Source: Eledone cirrhosa (taxonomy: Eukaryota). Taken from it: a DNA stretch of 64,000 bases. The notes below the pieces were generated by a model. The model did not search any database and was not told where the DNA came from. It saw only the letters and a program-made list of their open reading frames with translations. Shown piece after piece: positions 14,815 to 28,700 of this stretch. The position numbers and the translations under genes were made by a program. The DNA lies in NCBI GenBank assembly GCA_964016885.1, contig OZ024746.1, positions 49,476,001-49,540,000 on the forward strand, read 5' to 3'. The first letter of the stretch is position 1; every line of letters begins with the position of its first letter.

Positions 14815-14869
14815 ACTGCTATATATATTTCAGTGACAGCCATCTTTGGCTGTGACCTCTTCAGGCAGT
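14815..14869 (-). ncRNA. Type-I hammerhead ribozyme motif
   Basis: Reverse complement of 16234-16288. Confidence 0.85.
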
Positions 14870-16233
14870 TTGAATTAGTATGGTATAGACAAGTACATAT
14901 GTTGTTTAGGTGTATAATATTGTCAATACTCTGATATGCCCAGTTCCTTGTTTGGTTGTTAATTCACTGAGGAACTGGAGTCATATGAATTCAAACAAAC
15001 GAATTTCAGTGTCAAAGGTCCCCTTCTCCTCTCATTGGTCAGTTATTAGAACGTTCCTCATTCTAAGTGTTGTTATTGTTGGAGTTAGCTTAAAAATTGA
15101 TAAAATGGTAGAAGGGACAAGGTGTTAAAGGAACAAAATAACAAAAAAAGTGTCAAATTTCCCATTGGTCAGTTCTGAGAGCATTCCTCAGTCTGGGGTG
15201 AGGCTCCCTGTAGTGTTTTTGCCTGCTATTGTTCAGTACATTTGACCTCCACCATTATTTTGGTACTGTTGTTGGTGTAGTGCTCAGCTTATATCTTGCT
15301 GCTGCTAACAATTTAGAAGTATCCATCGTAGTGGTGGTGGGGTGGGGGGTTCTTCCATGTATATGAAGAAATATAAGGCAATAAATGAAGAAAACAGAAA
15401 ATAAATAAATAATATAATAAAATAATTAATATAATTTGTGTAATTTGAAAATAAATAAATAAATAGAGAATAAAGAATAAAGAATAAATGAGAGATTGGT
15501 GAAAAAGTAATGAAAATGAATATGGAGAAGTGAGAAATAATGTAGGATAAAGTGTGTGTGTGTGCTATAACCAATCTCAAGGTCAGAATATGTTGGATAG
15601 ATTGGTATGAGACAAGATGTTAAGATGAGATATTCAAACTAAATGTGTTTGTGTTATAATCCATCTCAACTTAAAATAAATATAAGGTGATACAGTGAAG
15701 AGGGCAGAAAACAAAAAACAAATTAATAAAGAGAAATCAAGATTTAAGATTGGAACTTGACAGTCAGAAATCTGGTAAATTAAAAGTGTTTGTGTTATAG
15801 ATGTTGGCCAAATTATTATGGCTGTGTCCGATTCTATCTCTAGGCTTTAATGGTGTCTGCTCCGCCTGGGTTGTTCCCTGTGGCTTGAGGGGAGTTCACA
15901 ACCTAGGGTGTTGTTATTGCCCATATAGCTTGAGGGAGGTCTGGCCGAGAGGTGTTTTCATGTTCTGTAGAAGTCCCTATAGCTTGAGGGGAGTTCACTT
16001 CTTCTTGTGTTGCTACTGTCCATATATCTTGAGAAAGGTCCCGGCTCTAAGGTGTCTGCATGTCCCGAAGAAGTCAGTTCTGAGGTTTATCAGGCCGCTT
16101 CCACCTCTTAGTATCTCGAGGGTCACAGTTCCTCAGTGAATTAACAACCCAACAAGGAACTGGGCATATCAGAGTATTGACAATATTATACACCTAAACA
16201 ACATATGTACTTGTCTATACCATACTAATTCAA

Positions 16234-16288
16234 ACTGCCTGAAGAGGTCACAGCCAAAGATGGCTGTCACTGAAATATATATAGCAGT
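16234..16288 (+). ncRNA. Type-I hammerhead ribozyme motif
   Basis: actgc-CTGAAGA-ggtcacagcc-aaagat-ggctgtcact-GAAA-TATATA-TA-gcagt then AATAAA. Confidence 0.85.
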
Positions 16289-16332
16289 AATAAATGAAAC
16301 TAAATTTTAATCATTTGACTTTTATTTAACTT

Positions 16333-16413
<81 letters not shown>

Positions 16414-16415
<2 letters not shown>

Positions 16416-16793
16416 GTGGCGGACTGGCAACCAGGTTGCCAGGTTGCCCAATGGCAAGTGGGCCCCAAGGGCCACACGGTATCATCGCAAAGAGTTACGG
16501 CCCTTTATGGTCTGAGTTCAAATCCCGACGAGGTTAACTTTGCCTTTCACGGGGTCGATAAAATAAAGTACCAGTAATACGCTGAGATAATTGCTGGCCT
16601 TGTGCCAAAAGTAGAAACAATTATATATATTTCGAAGATGCAAAGTTTTATGTATAACATAAAGCAAAACATGTTCTCCTCAGACAAAATATATTGAAAA
16701 TGTATAATTTATATGCCTGGTGGTCATCGATCTGTCCATTTCGTTTGTCTACCAGCATATCATGAAAAAATTGTATATTTTCTATATATTTTG
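16414..16793. repeat. Inverted duplicate of 12857-13242 (hAT-like end plus SINE plus flank)
   Basis: CAGTGGCGGACTGGCAACC... is the reverse complement of 12857-13242; includes a SINE at ~16483-16621 (+). Confidence 0.88.
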
Positions 16794-17129
16794 TCTGACG
16801 AGAACATGTTTTGGCTTATGTTATACATAAAACTTTGTATCTCCGAAATATGATACAATAAATAGAGATGCTATACAGTATATATATATATATATATATA
16901 TTTGAAAAAAAATGAAAAAAAATGACTTGTAGTGAAAATGTATGATTTAATGTTATAATATAATATTATAATATTATGAGTTGGTAGATCCAGTAAGTTC
17001 TTTATTGACTTCGGTGGGAAGAATTTTAGAGATTCCTGGTTAACTTGGGTTGGAGAACTTTCTCGTATTCGTCTGTCTGTGGCGATTGTCAAACTGAGAT
17101 GATATATATATATATATATATATATACGG

Positions 17130-17312
17130 GGAGAGGGGAAATTCGATTAAATCAACCCCAGTACATTAAACGTGATTTATTTTATCCACCCCGTAAGGAT
17201 GAAAGGCAAAGCTAACGTCGACGGGATTTGAGCTCAGGATGTAAAGGGCCATGACTCTATTGCGCAAAGCATAGTGTTCGACGCTCCACCGATACTACTA
17301 CACCACCACCCT
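17130..17312 (-). mobile_element. SINE (diverged)
   Basis: ccccgtaaggatgaaaggcaaag..gggatttgagctcag. Confidence 0.75.
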
Positions 17313-17554
17313 TGACCCTCGTATATAATGGTTCAAATCAACCAATACTAATGTTGCTGTTTCTTCTGTTGTTAGTATATTATTTTTGTTGTTATTATCA
17401 CTGTTGTTATCGGTCAGAGTGGCTGGTTATATTGCACTGCTGTTTTATATAATTCATACTTTGATATTGTTAACCATACAAATGGTAAAAAGGGCTGCAT
17501 TATATAGGAAAGAAAGGCAAAGCTAACCTCTGCAGGATTTGAACTCATAATGGT

Positions 17555-17760
17555 CTCTGATTTAGGCAGAAGGCCCATAATTTGGTGGGACGGTAAAGTC
17601 GATTAAATAGACTCCACTGGTACTTTATTTTATAGACCTCGTAAAGATGAAAGGCTTAGCTAAGTTCGGCGGGATTTGAACTTAAAACGTAAAGAGCCGT
17701 AACTGTTTGCTGTAAAGCATGTTGTCCGATGCTCTACTGATACTGTCAATCCATCATTGT
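17555..17760 (-). mobile_element. SINE (diverged)
   Basis: ctggtactttattttatagacctcgtaaagatgaaagg..gggatttgaact. Confidence 0.7.
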
Positions 17761-18454
17761 GATAGTAATATTATAACAGGTTTCATTTTAAACCTTCCTT
17801 AGCCGCCTCTCTTGCTCTCACTAAATTAAAACTAATTACTAGTTGTTTTTAACAGCGAACTATGGAAACTGAATTCAACTGGATCGTATGTGGTTTTGTT
17901 TTCTTTTTTGTTTATTGTTGTTGTTGTTTTCCAAAGTCTGTATCTGACACTTGGTTGAAAAATAAATATACACTTTGATTGACTGTAAATATATATAGTT
18001 GAAGAGTTTTCAAATGAGCTAGCACTTGATTCGTGGTCGAAGTTGATATTCAATTGATAGCTTACACTGAACGATTGATAATACCTCTAATGGATATTTA
18101 ATCGTAGGTTGGACGGTTGTTGATTTTATCATGCTGGTTGCTGGACGTCATTGGTAATGAGCTTTAGATTTCGAAGAAAATTCTATACTTGACTTGACAA
18201 ACTTCCGTTGTTTCAACATTTTTTTTTTATTTATTGCTTTAACTTAGTCAGCAAAATAAAATCAGCTGGAATGCTGTTGCTCAGCGGTCTGCTCTATAAA
18301 GTTTCATGTAAAGCTAGATAACAGCAACGATGATAACTGATACTTTTTTGAACCGATTCTATAAGGATGTAAGGCAAAGTCAAAACAGGTATGATAAGAA
18401 CTCAAACGTAAAAAAAATCCCACACTACGACAAGGCATTATTCATCCAACCTAG

Positions 18455-18671
18455 AGCGGTGGATTGGCAGTATTGATAGATGGCCGGACGCCATGTTTTT
18501 CAGCATAGAGTTACAGCCCTTTATGATCTGAGTTCAAATCCCGCCGAGGTTAAACTTTGCCTTTCATCCTTACGGGGTCGATAAAATAAAGTACCAGTCA
18601 CGCACTGGGGTCGATTTAATCGACTTTCCCCTCCCCCAAAATTGCTGGCCTTGTGCCTATATAAGAAACAA
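18455..18671 (+). mobile_element. SINE, near full length
   Basis: A-box-like TGGCAGTATTG, B-box, core, longer tail variant. Confidence 0.85.
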
Positions 18672-18779
18672 TTATTCATCCAGCCTATCAAATCTTTATT
18701 TATAATAATGTGAACATCACTTCAGTACTCAATCGGAGAAATATCTCAGCAAGAATCTGGTTTCTTTTCCTTCTCTTCT

Positions 18780-18904
<125 letters not shown>

Positions 18905-19059
18905 GTATTTCTGGTATTTTTGTAAAAGAAATCAGTACAATCGCAGGTTTCGATCTCGTATATAAACCATTAAAGATGGATCATCCAGCTATAAACCATT
19001 AAAGATGGATCATCCATCGGTTTCAACTATAAGCATTCTATCGTTCGATCCACAGAACT

Positions 19060-19345
19060 TCTGAATTAACGTTTGAGTGGTTGAGTATTGCACAGACATG
19101 TCTATCCTTAAGATATATCTCAGACAGAATCAGTGTGGTACAATAGGTAACATGACTGGGCATTTGAATTACAGATGCAGTCAATCCGATAGCCTTCCAG
19201 GCAGTTTCTGTCTACCCAATTCCATTCACAAGGCTTGTGTCAACGTGAGGCAATAGTAAAGATACATGCACAAGATAGCATGCAGTAATATCGAACCCGG
19301 AACGACCTTATAATTGCGAAGCTAACATTTTAACCACTCAGTTAT
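19060..19345 (-). mobile_element. Older tRNA-derived SINE-like repeat (second family)
   Basis: Similar to 21050-21350 in reverse orientation; B-box-like GGTTCGAT on minus strand. Confidence 0.5.
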
Positions 19346-19365
19346 GTGTGCATCCATTATGAACC

Positions 19366-19540
19366 AGTGAATTGGCAGTATCGGTAGAGGGTCGGGCGCC
19401 ATGCTTTACAGCATAGAGTTACGTCCCTTTACGTTCTGAGTTCAAATCCCGCCGAGGTTAACTTTGTCTTTCATCCTTACGAGGTTGATAAAATAAAGTA
19501 CCAGTAATGCACTGGGATAATTGCTGGCCTTGTTCACAAT
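19366..19540 (+). mobile_element. SINE
   Basis: A/B boxes plus core. Confidence 0.85.
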
Positions 19541-20077
19541 TATGAACCATCACGCAGAATTTTTTAGACACTGAAATAAGTAACTGACAATAGAACATCT
19601 ATAGGTATTGTATTCACGGAAATTATCAAACGGCTCACTTTTTTCAGTCAATATAGGAATATTCGAACACTTCACTGTAAGCTATCAGCCGAGACATCCC
19701 ACGTATCTCCAACAAAATCCCTCATTCTATACTTTAGGTTCTATCAATAAAATATATGCGCATGGGTTTTTACTGAAATCAATTGTACAATTGAATATAA
19801 TTATATGATATTATATATCTATATGTTTGGTTTGCATTAAAAGGATTTGTATTTATTTTATAGATTTTCCATGCGATGTTACTCTTTGGTGTTATGTTCG
19901 TGTATAGAGTACATAGATGTGTGGTGTATGTTGATGCGTTTGCTATGTATGTGCATCTCTTTGGATACAAAAAAACGCTTAGCATAAATTATTATCAAAT
20001 ATTGATTATAGATAGATAGATAGATATATACATACATAGATAGATAGATAGATACATACATACATACATACATACAT

Positions 20078-20153
<76 letters not shown>

Positions 20154-21049
20154 ATAGGTTTTAAGTTTAGAGTAGCAATTTTTTGTAACTTCCACCAACA
20201 TATACGCCTCGGTGTTTTTCTAAAACTCTGTCTATTTTATATGTGTGTGAGTATATGTGTGCGCGTGTGTGTATGATCATGTGTGTATTATAATTATATA
20301 TACACATCATATATATACATTAATATTCAAAATAAACCTGTGCAAACATAATATCACTTCGAATATTTCAATCGAATACCATTAAGTGAATGTGAAATAC
20401 ACACCACCACCACCCACCCCCACAAAAAAAATATTTAACAAATGTGATGTCACTAAAATATACGATTATTATTTTAAAACCCATCCTCTCTCCTTCGTAT
20501 TCTGAAACTTCTACTGCCGGTTCTTTCACCCCTTTTTCAAAAGATGTCCCTGTCTTTAATTGCATGATGTATCGATTGGTAACTAAAAACATGTGTCTAT
20601 TATTAATACTGCGATAATATAATGTCTTCGGTGCTAGGCCAACAACCGCGAGAGGAGAATGCCTTCATGCCTTAATATTGTTTCCTCGCCGAGATGAAAC
20701 CTATGTTTTGTAAGATAGGGTGAAACGAACTCAATATAATTTTTGCAAAGCTTGTAACTGGCCTAGACCAAATGTGAACTACAGAACATCTAAAGCAGGT
20801 AATAGGACGTATTTTGTCTTCTCCACAGATATGAATGTCAACGAAGAGGCTGGTGGGATTTCAACTCAGATAAAACCCAACACTGTCATGCAGATGCGAG
20901 AATCGATACGATACTGCATCTAGATATCTTGTCCAGTGGGTCATGGTTCGTACACTGACAGTGGTATTCATTGTCTTAGCAACCAAGGTGTCTAACTATA
21001 AACAGTGCGAGTCCAGCTTTAATGAGTATTTCCTGGAGTACAGTGAACA

Positions 21050-21510
21050 CAACATGGTCAAACGGTTAAGAAGTTTGATTCGCAATCACTAACTCCTGGG
21101 TTGGTTCTACTGCGTGGAATCTTGGATAAGTGTTATTAACCATAGCTTTGGGTTAATCTGTCTTATAAGTGGAATAGAGTAGACGGAAACTGATTGGAAG
21201 ACCGTCCGATGAACTGTACATGAAATTCAAAAGACCAACCTTGTCACGTACTTTGTCACGCCGAATCTCCATGAAAATTATTTAAGGATATACATGTCTA
21301 TGGAATACTCAATCAGTTTCACGTTAATTTCATGAGCAGAATGTTCCGTTGATCTAATAAAAGGAACAGTCATCAGAACAGATGGAGGTCCATTCCCGGT
21401 ACCAGGCTTGAATAAAATAAGAACCGGGATCGATATGATCGACTAAATCCATTCAAGGAGGTGCCCCAGCCTGACCACTCTCTAATGTTTGAAAGCAGTA
21501 AAACAATAAA
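21050..21510 (+). mobile_element. Older SINE-like repeat (second family), degenerate
   Basis: atggtcaaacggttaagaagtttg..ttggataagtg..gtagacggaaactga; matches 19060-19345 and ~2040-2200. Confidence 0.5.
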
Positions 21511-22186
21511 CGAATACTACACTCCGTTAACCATAAATCATTCCCGTTACAACGAACAACGAGAAGGAATTACCTGTTTGCATGCGATAACATCGAATTT
21601 CACATACAAACTAATGTTCCCAAGAAAAGGAAGAACACCATAGCATACAATTTCGTTTAAACAAAATTACAAAACACTTTGCTAGAAGCGGCCTGGCCAT
21701 ACGAACTTTTGAACGACTTCTGGTCAGCTACTAAGCAGGTTAAAAGAAACATGCAACTGAAAAACATCACTAAAAACTGAAGTTATTGCCGCTGCACAAA
21801 TATTGAAACAAAAATGATACACGTCTTAGATGAGCAATGAAAATACGCTTCTTCCCCTCTTAGACCAAGTCTATGAGGCCCACATACCCGGACCGGTTTT
21901 AAAACCCAACCTATTTCTGCTTTTCGATTTGTCAAAAATCAAAATCGGTAAATGATTATTGTCAGAAACCTGTATTCTGAGAATAAGGTAAAAATGTTGC
22001 AAGTATATCTTTCTTTCTGCATGACGTATCTTGTGAACCCATTATAGATATGAATATTTATACATATATTTATGAATATTTATGAACATTTAAATACTTT
22101 AAATATCTTTGTTTTAAAGTATGAATTTTAGATTAGAAACATAAATATATTTAAGGATTAATATACAACTATACATACATATATAA

Positions 22187-22222
<36 letters not shown>

Positions 22223-22455
22223 ACACCGCAAACACACACATATACTCACAAACACATATATGCATATAGATAGATGTATGTATGTGTGTACGTACACGTG
22301 TGGGGGCGTGTGAAGCGTGTGAAGTCATCAGTGGTAAGATTTTGTCTTTTTTCTTTTTAAAAACATGAAATGCTAGCTACAAATATAAATATATATATAT
22401 TATCTATAAGAAAGGAAAAACGCTAAATATGTTTTTCTAACTGAACCAGATGATT

Positions 22456-22635
22456 GGATTGGCAGTATCGGTAGAGAGTCGGACGCCTTGCTTTGCACCA
22501 CTGTTACGTCCCTTTACGGACTGAGTTCAAATCCAGCCGAGGTTAACTTTGCCTTTCATCCTTACGGGGTCGATAAAATAAAGTACCAGTAATACACTGG
22601 GATAATTGCTTGCCTTGTGCCAAAAGTAGAAACAA
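22456..22635 (+). mobile_element. SINE
   Basis: A/B boxes, core, tail. Confidence 0.85.
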
Positions 22636-22691
22636 TGATCTAAATATATTACATTTACCAACGTATACACACATACCCCCCCACACACAAT

Positions 22692-22900
22692 TTGATCAAT
22701 GGGTCAGCTATAAATAGTAGCTCAAATCATACTCCAACATCTCGAGCTAATGGGGGAGTTTGAACACGATCACCAGCTATAAATGGAGGTCACACTTTCA
22801 AATCGAACAATTCCGTCATGAAAATAGATGACATATTGGACAACATCATTCTAGGTATATAATAAGGTGGAAGGTCCACCAGTGGAACACAGTTGAAAAT
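22692..22900 (+). repeat. Old dispersed repeat; second copy at ~24394-24620
   Basis: Shared tgatcaatggg.cagcta.aaatagtagc..aacatctcgagctaatggg..cagtggaacac. Confidence 0.65.
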
Positions 22901-25013
22901 ATATAGCACAAACCGTAGCGTCAATCAGCTGACAATCTGATACTCCGCCTGCTCAGACAGGTGTTACAAATTTTAGTTGTCATCTAAACCAGGCAAAAAC
23001 GTTTTAACAATGTAATTATTCATTGATCTTTAGGTTTGGCTGAAAGTCAACCTTGATTAAAGGCACTCCAGACATGACTGTCTCAACTTATTTCGTAGAA
23101 TAATTATCTCCAGTCGATATACAATATAGTCTGGGACAGTGTGTTGAGATTTGAGGGAGATTTGACTGCCATTTTTAATAAGTCGAACAACCACATAAGA
23201 CTTTGTAATTATTTATTTATGTGTGATTGTTAAAGGGTCATTTTGGCTCTAGAAATTTAAACTCTAATAGTTAAATAGCAAGCAATTGTAACTAAGCTCA
23301 TATATTGATATACGGTATTGCTTTGATTCTAGATTTTCTATCGGGAGTGACTAATAATACATTTATGGTTTAACATGGATTTCAAAATGCATCGCTCATA
23401 TCTGGAAATGAATTAATATCTGTGATTTTAATTACTTTAGATTCGTTGAAGCAAAACACTAAATCTTTATAATCCATTATTAACACATTCTAATTAGAGG
23501 AGTACGACTTGTAAAGAATTTATGGCTTTATCAACTTCGTTCAAAATCATGATAGAAATAAGCTAAGATAAAAGTGCTTACACCCGTAAAATGGAATTAT
23601 GGACACATGAATTGAGTTAACAATACAATATACATATTACGTCATTCCGTGCATTGTTTCACTGATGGAAAAAATAACGCTGCTATATTTAAAGTTGTAA
23701 CGTATGAAGTTTGCTGTATTTGGTTAGCTTTAAATAAAAGAATTGATCCAATGTCCAATGGCTAATGGCATTAGAGCCCTCATCCCCTCTATCTTTTATT
23801 TTCGGATCTATATTATCCAGTATATCTTTCTATCTTTTAAAAATGTAGGTGCATGATTTGAGGGCGATTTGTCTGATAGTTCTATCATCCAATTGAATAA
23901 CCACATCGGTGCCCTACTTAACTCGAACACGCGGTTGTTATTTCATGTGCGTCAATAAATCGTGTGAATGATAATTTCTTTGACTATTTCCATATAATTA
24001 CTGACCAATTATTGCTAATATCTTGATATTACATCCACTAACAACACTCATCGCCATGTAAGAATGATTCTTGTTAAAACGTTCGTATATTTCTTCAAGG
24101 TGCCTGATCAAACATCGTATCACAGCACATAATTTCGTTACATCATATAATTACATGATCCTAAACTAGTTACATTTCCCCTTGATCAAGAAGAGATCAC
24201 TTCGCAAATGCACCTCGGGCAACCGATCAAGTAATCATTTCTTATATTAGCTCAAGTTGCCATATTTAAGGAAAGAGAGAAAAACCATAATATTGTCTTC
24301 TAAAATGCAGCGTTTTTGGTGTTTTGCCAGGCTAAAATAATTTTCCTCTTGTTAGAATTATGACTCCAGTCAATTCAACAAGGGAGTCTCAACATGATCA
24401 ATGGGCCAGCTAGAAATAGTAGCCAAATCTCTCACAAATCATATTCTAACATCTCGAGCTAATGGGTGAGTTTGTACACGATCCCCTAACTAGCTATAAA
24501 TGGAGGTGAAACATCCTCAAATCGCACCATTATGTCTTGAAAACACAAAAGACACATTGGATAATGTATTTCTAAGTATACAATATCGTGGAAGGCCCAC
24601 CAGTGGAACACCTTTGAAAATAAGTCTGAAAAATAAAACCTCATCTAAGAACTAAACAATGACAAAAACTACAATACCTCCGGTGAGTAGATAGCGGCCG
24701 ATCTAGACAGATTGTAAAAGTTAAACCAAATTAATATATACATATGCGTGTGTATGAGAGAGTGTCCCAGTTGTTTGATCAACGTATAAGTGGCTAAAAC
24801 TTTAAATTGCAGGTACAGGTACACTCAATATATATTTCTGTAACTATAACTATATGTATGTATGGTCCTGTAATTCCTGATAGAGTTGTAAGGGCGCTCT
24901 CAGGAATAAGTGAAAGAAGAAGAAGGAGAAGAAGAAGAAGAAGAAGAAGAAGAAGGGTATATAATATCCTAATTCCACCTTGGTGTATTATGTAATACAA
25001 TATTATTATATAA

Positions 25014-25185
25014 TATCGGTAGATGGCCGGACGCCATGCTTTGCAGCATAGAGTTATGGCCCTTTACGATCTGAGTTCAAATCCCACCGAGGTTAACTTT
25101 GCCTTTCATCCTTACGGGGTCGATGAAATAAAGTACCAGTAATGCACTGGTGTAATTGCTGGCTTTGTGCCAAAAGTAGAAACAA
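25014..25185 (+). mobile_element. SINE
   Basis: B-box, core, tail. Confidence 0.85.
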
Positions 25186-25773
25186 TTATTTAATATAAAC
25201 ACATATAGAGAGCTAAATATAATTATAGGTTAATACGAAAGGCAGTGAGAAAGACCAGCAACTGGATTCATTACTTGACGTTTTGCAAAATACAGCAGAA
25301 TATTTTCATGCTATTGAACAAATTAGTTCAGAAAAATAGAGCACATTTTCTGGTTAATATAATTAAAACTCATAAATAATTAAACGTCTTGCGTTTTCGT
25401 TTGAAGTCATATTCTCATATTATTGACTAACGTTTACGGTAAAATATAAAACAAGAGACAATTAATCATTACCGTAGTTTACTAAGGAGAGAATAAAGTA
25501 AATTATTGAGAAAAAATTAACACAACAATTCAAACAGAACAATGACAACGTTAGGAAGAGTGGTGGTGGCTTGTATGTAGAACACTATGATTACCTAAAT
25601 ATTTACCATTTAACGGCTTCAAAATAGGATGAATATATAAATATAAGTTTGTGTGTGTTTGTATATATATACAGGGTGGACCAAAGGTCACAATACATGG
25701 GAAAAATAATAACATTTTTAAGTTTCCAAGTAGACCATGTCATAAGTATAAATTGTTTCTTATAAAAACATAA

Positions 25774-26968
25774 TTATTCCTTCGCCTCGCCGAGCTGGTC
25801 CTCACCCTCAACTGTTTCTCCTTCTCGGGTGAGTTTTACCAACAGGTCACGGGGGTAGCCATGGGTACAAGAATGGGCCCAAACTATGCCAACCTTTTTG
25901 TTGGCCAAGTTGAGGCCCAAATCTTTGCCCAGTACACCGGCCCCACGCCCGAACTGTACGGTCGTTACATCGACAACTGTATCGGAGCCATGACCCTCAC
26001 CCGAGAACAGCTCGACTCCTTTCTCTCCTTCTTCTGCTCCTTCCACCCCTCCCTCCACTTCACCACCTCTATCTCCACCACCCAGGTCCACTTCTTAGAC
26101 ATCTTCGTCGCCTTCGACTCCTCCGACCACTCCCTCGTCACCTCCGCCTTCTTCAAACCCACGACTCCCACTCCTACCTCGACTTCACCCCTTCCCGCCC
26201 TACACACACTAAACACTCTATTCCCTACTCCCAACTCCTCAGGATCCGCCGCCTCTGTAGCCGAGATGCTGACTTTGAGCCACAGACCCTTTCCCTAGTC
26301 AGCCATATCATCCGCAGAAGTTACCCTCCCCTCTCTCGTCCACACCGCTCTTACCCGCGCCCGTGCTGTCCACCGCTCCACCACCCTCACCCCACGCCAC
26401 CGCACACCCACCCACCGTCTCCCTTCCCCTCCACCTCCCTCATCTTCCCAGCCCCACCACTCCCCTCCTTCAAACGCGCACGCAATCTCCGCACTCTCCT
26501 CGTCAACAGCTCCCTACCCCCCAACCCACGCTCTCCTTCCCTCCCCGGTTCCTTTCCCTGTTCCAGGCCCCGTTGCAACACCTGTCCCCACATCACCAAC
26601 ACCACCACCTTCCAGGGTCCCAACGACCACTCTCTCTCTGTCCGGCATGCCTTCCGCTGCACCTCCTCCAACCTAGTCTATGGACTTCGCTGCACGGAGT
26701 GCAGCGCAACCTACGTCGGACAGACTGGATGTCGCCTGGCGGACCGGTTTACTGAACACCTCCGAGATATTCGTCTTGGTGGTAGTTCCCTCATCGCCCG
26801 CCACTTTGGTGCCCCTGGACATTCCGCGCACCACCTCACAGTCTGTGGCCTACTCCAATGCCACGGAATACCCCCCGCCACCCTCCTCAGGGTCAAACAA
26901 CGAACCATCTTCACCCTACGGACCCACACTTCCCCCCAGCCTGAACTCCCCGCCCTTATTCCTTTAGC
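25774..26968 (+). pseudogene. PLE RT (3' part) + CxxC linker + GIY-YIG endonuclease, frameshifted
   Basis: FYQQVTGVAMGTRMGPNYANLF, RYIDN (YIDD mutated), HFLDI, SIPYSQLLRIRRLCS, PCSRPRCNTC, SSNLVYGLRCTECSATYVGQTGCRLADRFTEH. Confidence 0.9.
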
Positions 26969-28373
26969 CTTCGACCGCCCTCTCCCCTCCCCCCACACAT
27001 ATCCCCCACTAACACCACTAACACACTCCTCCTTTTCACCGCCCACCCCACAACTAACAATACTAACAGCCCCACCCCACACCCGACCACCCTTCCCCAA
27101 CTAATAATACTAACATCCGTCCTTTCTTCTCCTCCCGCTCCTTATCACACGCGCACACCCACCGGTACATATATACACGCGCTCACACTAAACACACACC
27201 CTACTACCACCACTAACCCTCACCCCCACACATCCACCCCCACCACCCCGCAACTAATATCACTAACACCCCAACCCCACGCACACGAACACACACACCC
27301 ACTTACACCACCCACTCCACACACCCTACCACCACTGACCCCCACTAACACCTGCATTCAACCCTTTCCCCACCACCAGTATACTAATACCCACTAACAC
27401 TCCCTTCACCACACACACACACATCCAAACACGCACACACCAGCACACTACACCCCCTCCACCGCCCCACACCCTTTCTCACACACACACACATCTCACT
27501 AACACCTCTACTAATACACCCCCCCTCCTCACTCCAACTTTCACACCTACCCATCCTCTCCCCCGTCCACCGCACCTCCGCACACACTGACACACCGACT
27601 TTCTTCACTTACCATTCTCCCCGACTGCTGCTATGCTCTGAATCTCTGACCACCTCTCCGCACACACAGACACACAACCCTCCTTCTGCCTTGACCCTCT
27701 GACCACTTCCTGTTGCGCGCGCACCCCACATCTCCCCTCTTCCGACCAACCCAACCACGGATTACACACATTGGACATCGCTCCCAAGAATCAACCACAT
27801 CACACGGAAGTTACCCAGCATCCCACCACATCCTATACAAAACTACCTTAGGGACTCACCCACGGACATACACTCAAAAACATTTTTTTCCCACACGCCA
27901 CCTACATCCACAACACGTATAAACACCACACACACGTGCGTACCTCCACATATTTACACACTCAGCCTCCGGAATCCTCTCCCCCACCCCTCTGACCCCT
28001 CCCCATCCACACACGCACACACACACCGACCTACACCCCACCCCACACACACCTTTTCCTGAACATGCAACCCCGTTCTTCCCCCAACTCTTACTTTCAC
28101 ATACACACACACACACACGTACACCTACACACACACACACCACCTTCAGCCCTCCTCGCTCGGACACCACGCCTCCCTCTCTCCTCTCCACCCGCCACCA
28201 CCCCTACAAGCCCCACAACCTTCCACCACTTGTTTTACTTCATGTTTATTTTTATTTTTATTATGCTTTTATATTTAATTTGATTTGTACCGTTTCCTGT
28301 CACCCCCTTTTTTCTATATGTCTCTTCACCACTCTCCTACACACCCTTGGAACTCTTTTCCCACACACTTTTC

Positions 28374-28405
28374 ACCTGAAGAAGGGGTTATGCCCGAAAC
28401 GTCGT
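28374..28405 (+). ncRNA. Minimal type-I hammerhead ribozyme of the Neptune-like pLTR
   Basis: ac-CTGAAGA-aggggttatgccc-GAAACGTC-gt. Confidence 0.75.
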
Positions 28406-28499
28406 TCCCCACCACCACCCCACTCTCAAGAGCGTGAAACTAATAAACCTTTGTTCGTACTGCCTCTCTGTTTTGTTCCCGTTCAATTTTTTACTATAT

Positions 28500-28700
28500 A
28501 TATCCAAAATTAAATTAAGGTAAGGTTGTCATGTCTGAGAGACATGCGCCATTTTCACTGCAGAATAGTTTTCACTCAAAGAATAGTTCCGAGAGTACTC
28601 GATACTTAGGGTAGTAGAGTGGGAAATATGAAAAAGTATGACCTCGACGGCAGAGCTCAAGCCATTTCGACGGCTATATGAGTCCAGAAATAGGTTATGA
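28500..28700 (-). repeat. Dispersed repeat related to 32333-32530 and 48546-48740
   Basis: Shares tatccaaaattaa..gtcatg..gacatgcgccat with 32.3 kb and agtactc.atacttagggtagtagagtggg..tttcgacggcta with 48.6 kb. Confidence 0.65.

Larger units (their letters stand above)
14764..16339 (-). mobile_element. 5'-truncated PLE with inverted pLTR (arms 14764-14977 and 16126-16339)
   Basis: ~215-bp inverted repeats each with an HHR and AATAAA; minus-strand frame from 16126 reads VTLEILRGGSGLINLRTDFFGTCRH, resembling the C-terminus (ELFEIMKSKDILLNKRQELIISCNH) of the 820-aa PLE ORF. Confidence 0.75.
25774..28495 (+). mobile_element. 5'-truncated Penelope-like element, Neptune-like
   Basis: RT plus GIY-YIG remnants, ~1.4-kb C/A-rich 3' region, HHR and AATAAA at the 3' end. 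Confidence 0.88.

Noticed and set aside
25672-25773. TA-CAGGGTGGACCAAAGGTC Tc1-like terminus next to the Neptune-like insertion
   Set aside because: No matching opposite terminus found in the window.
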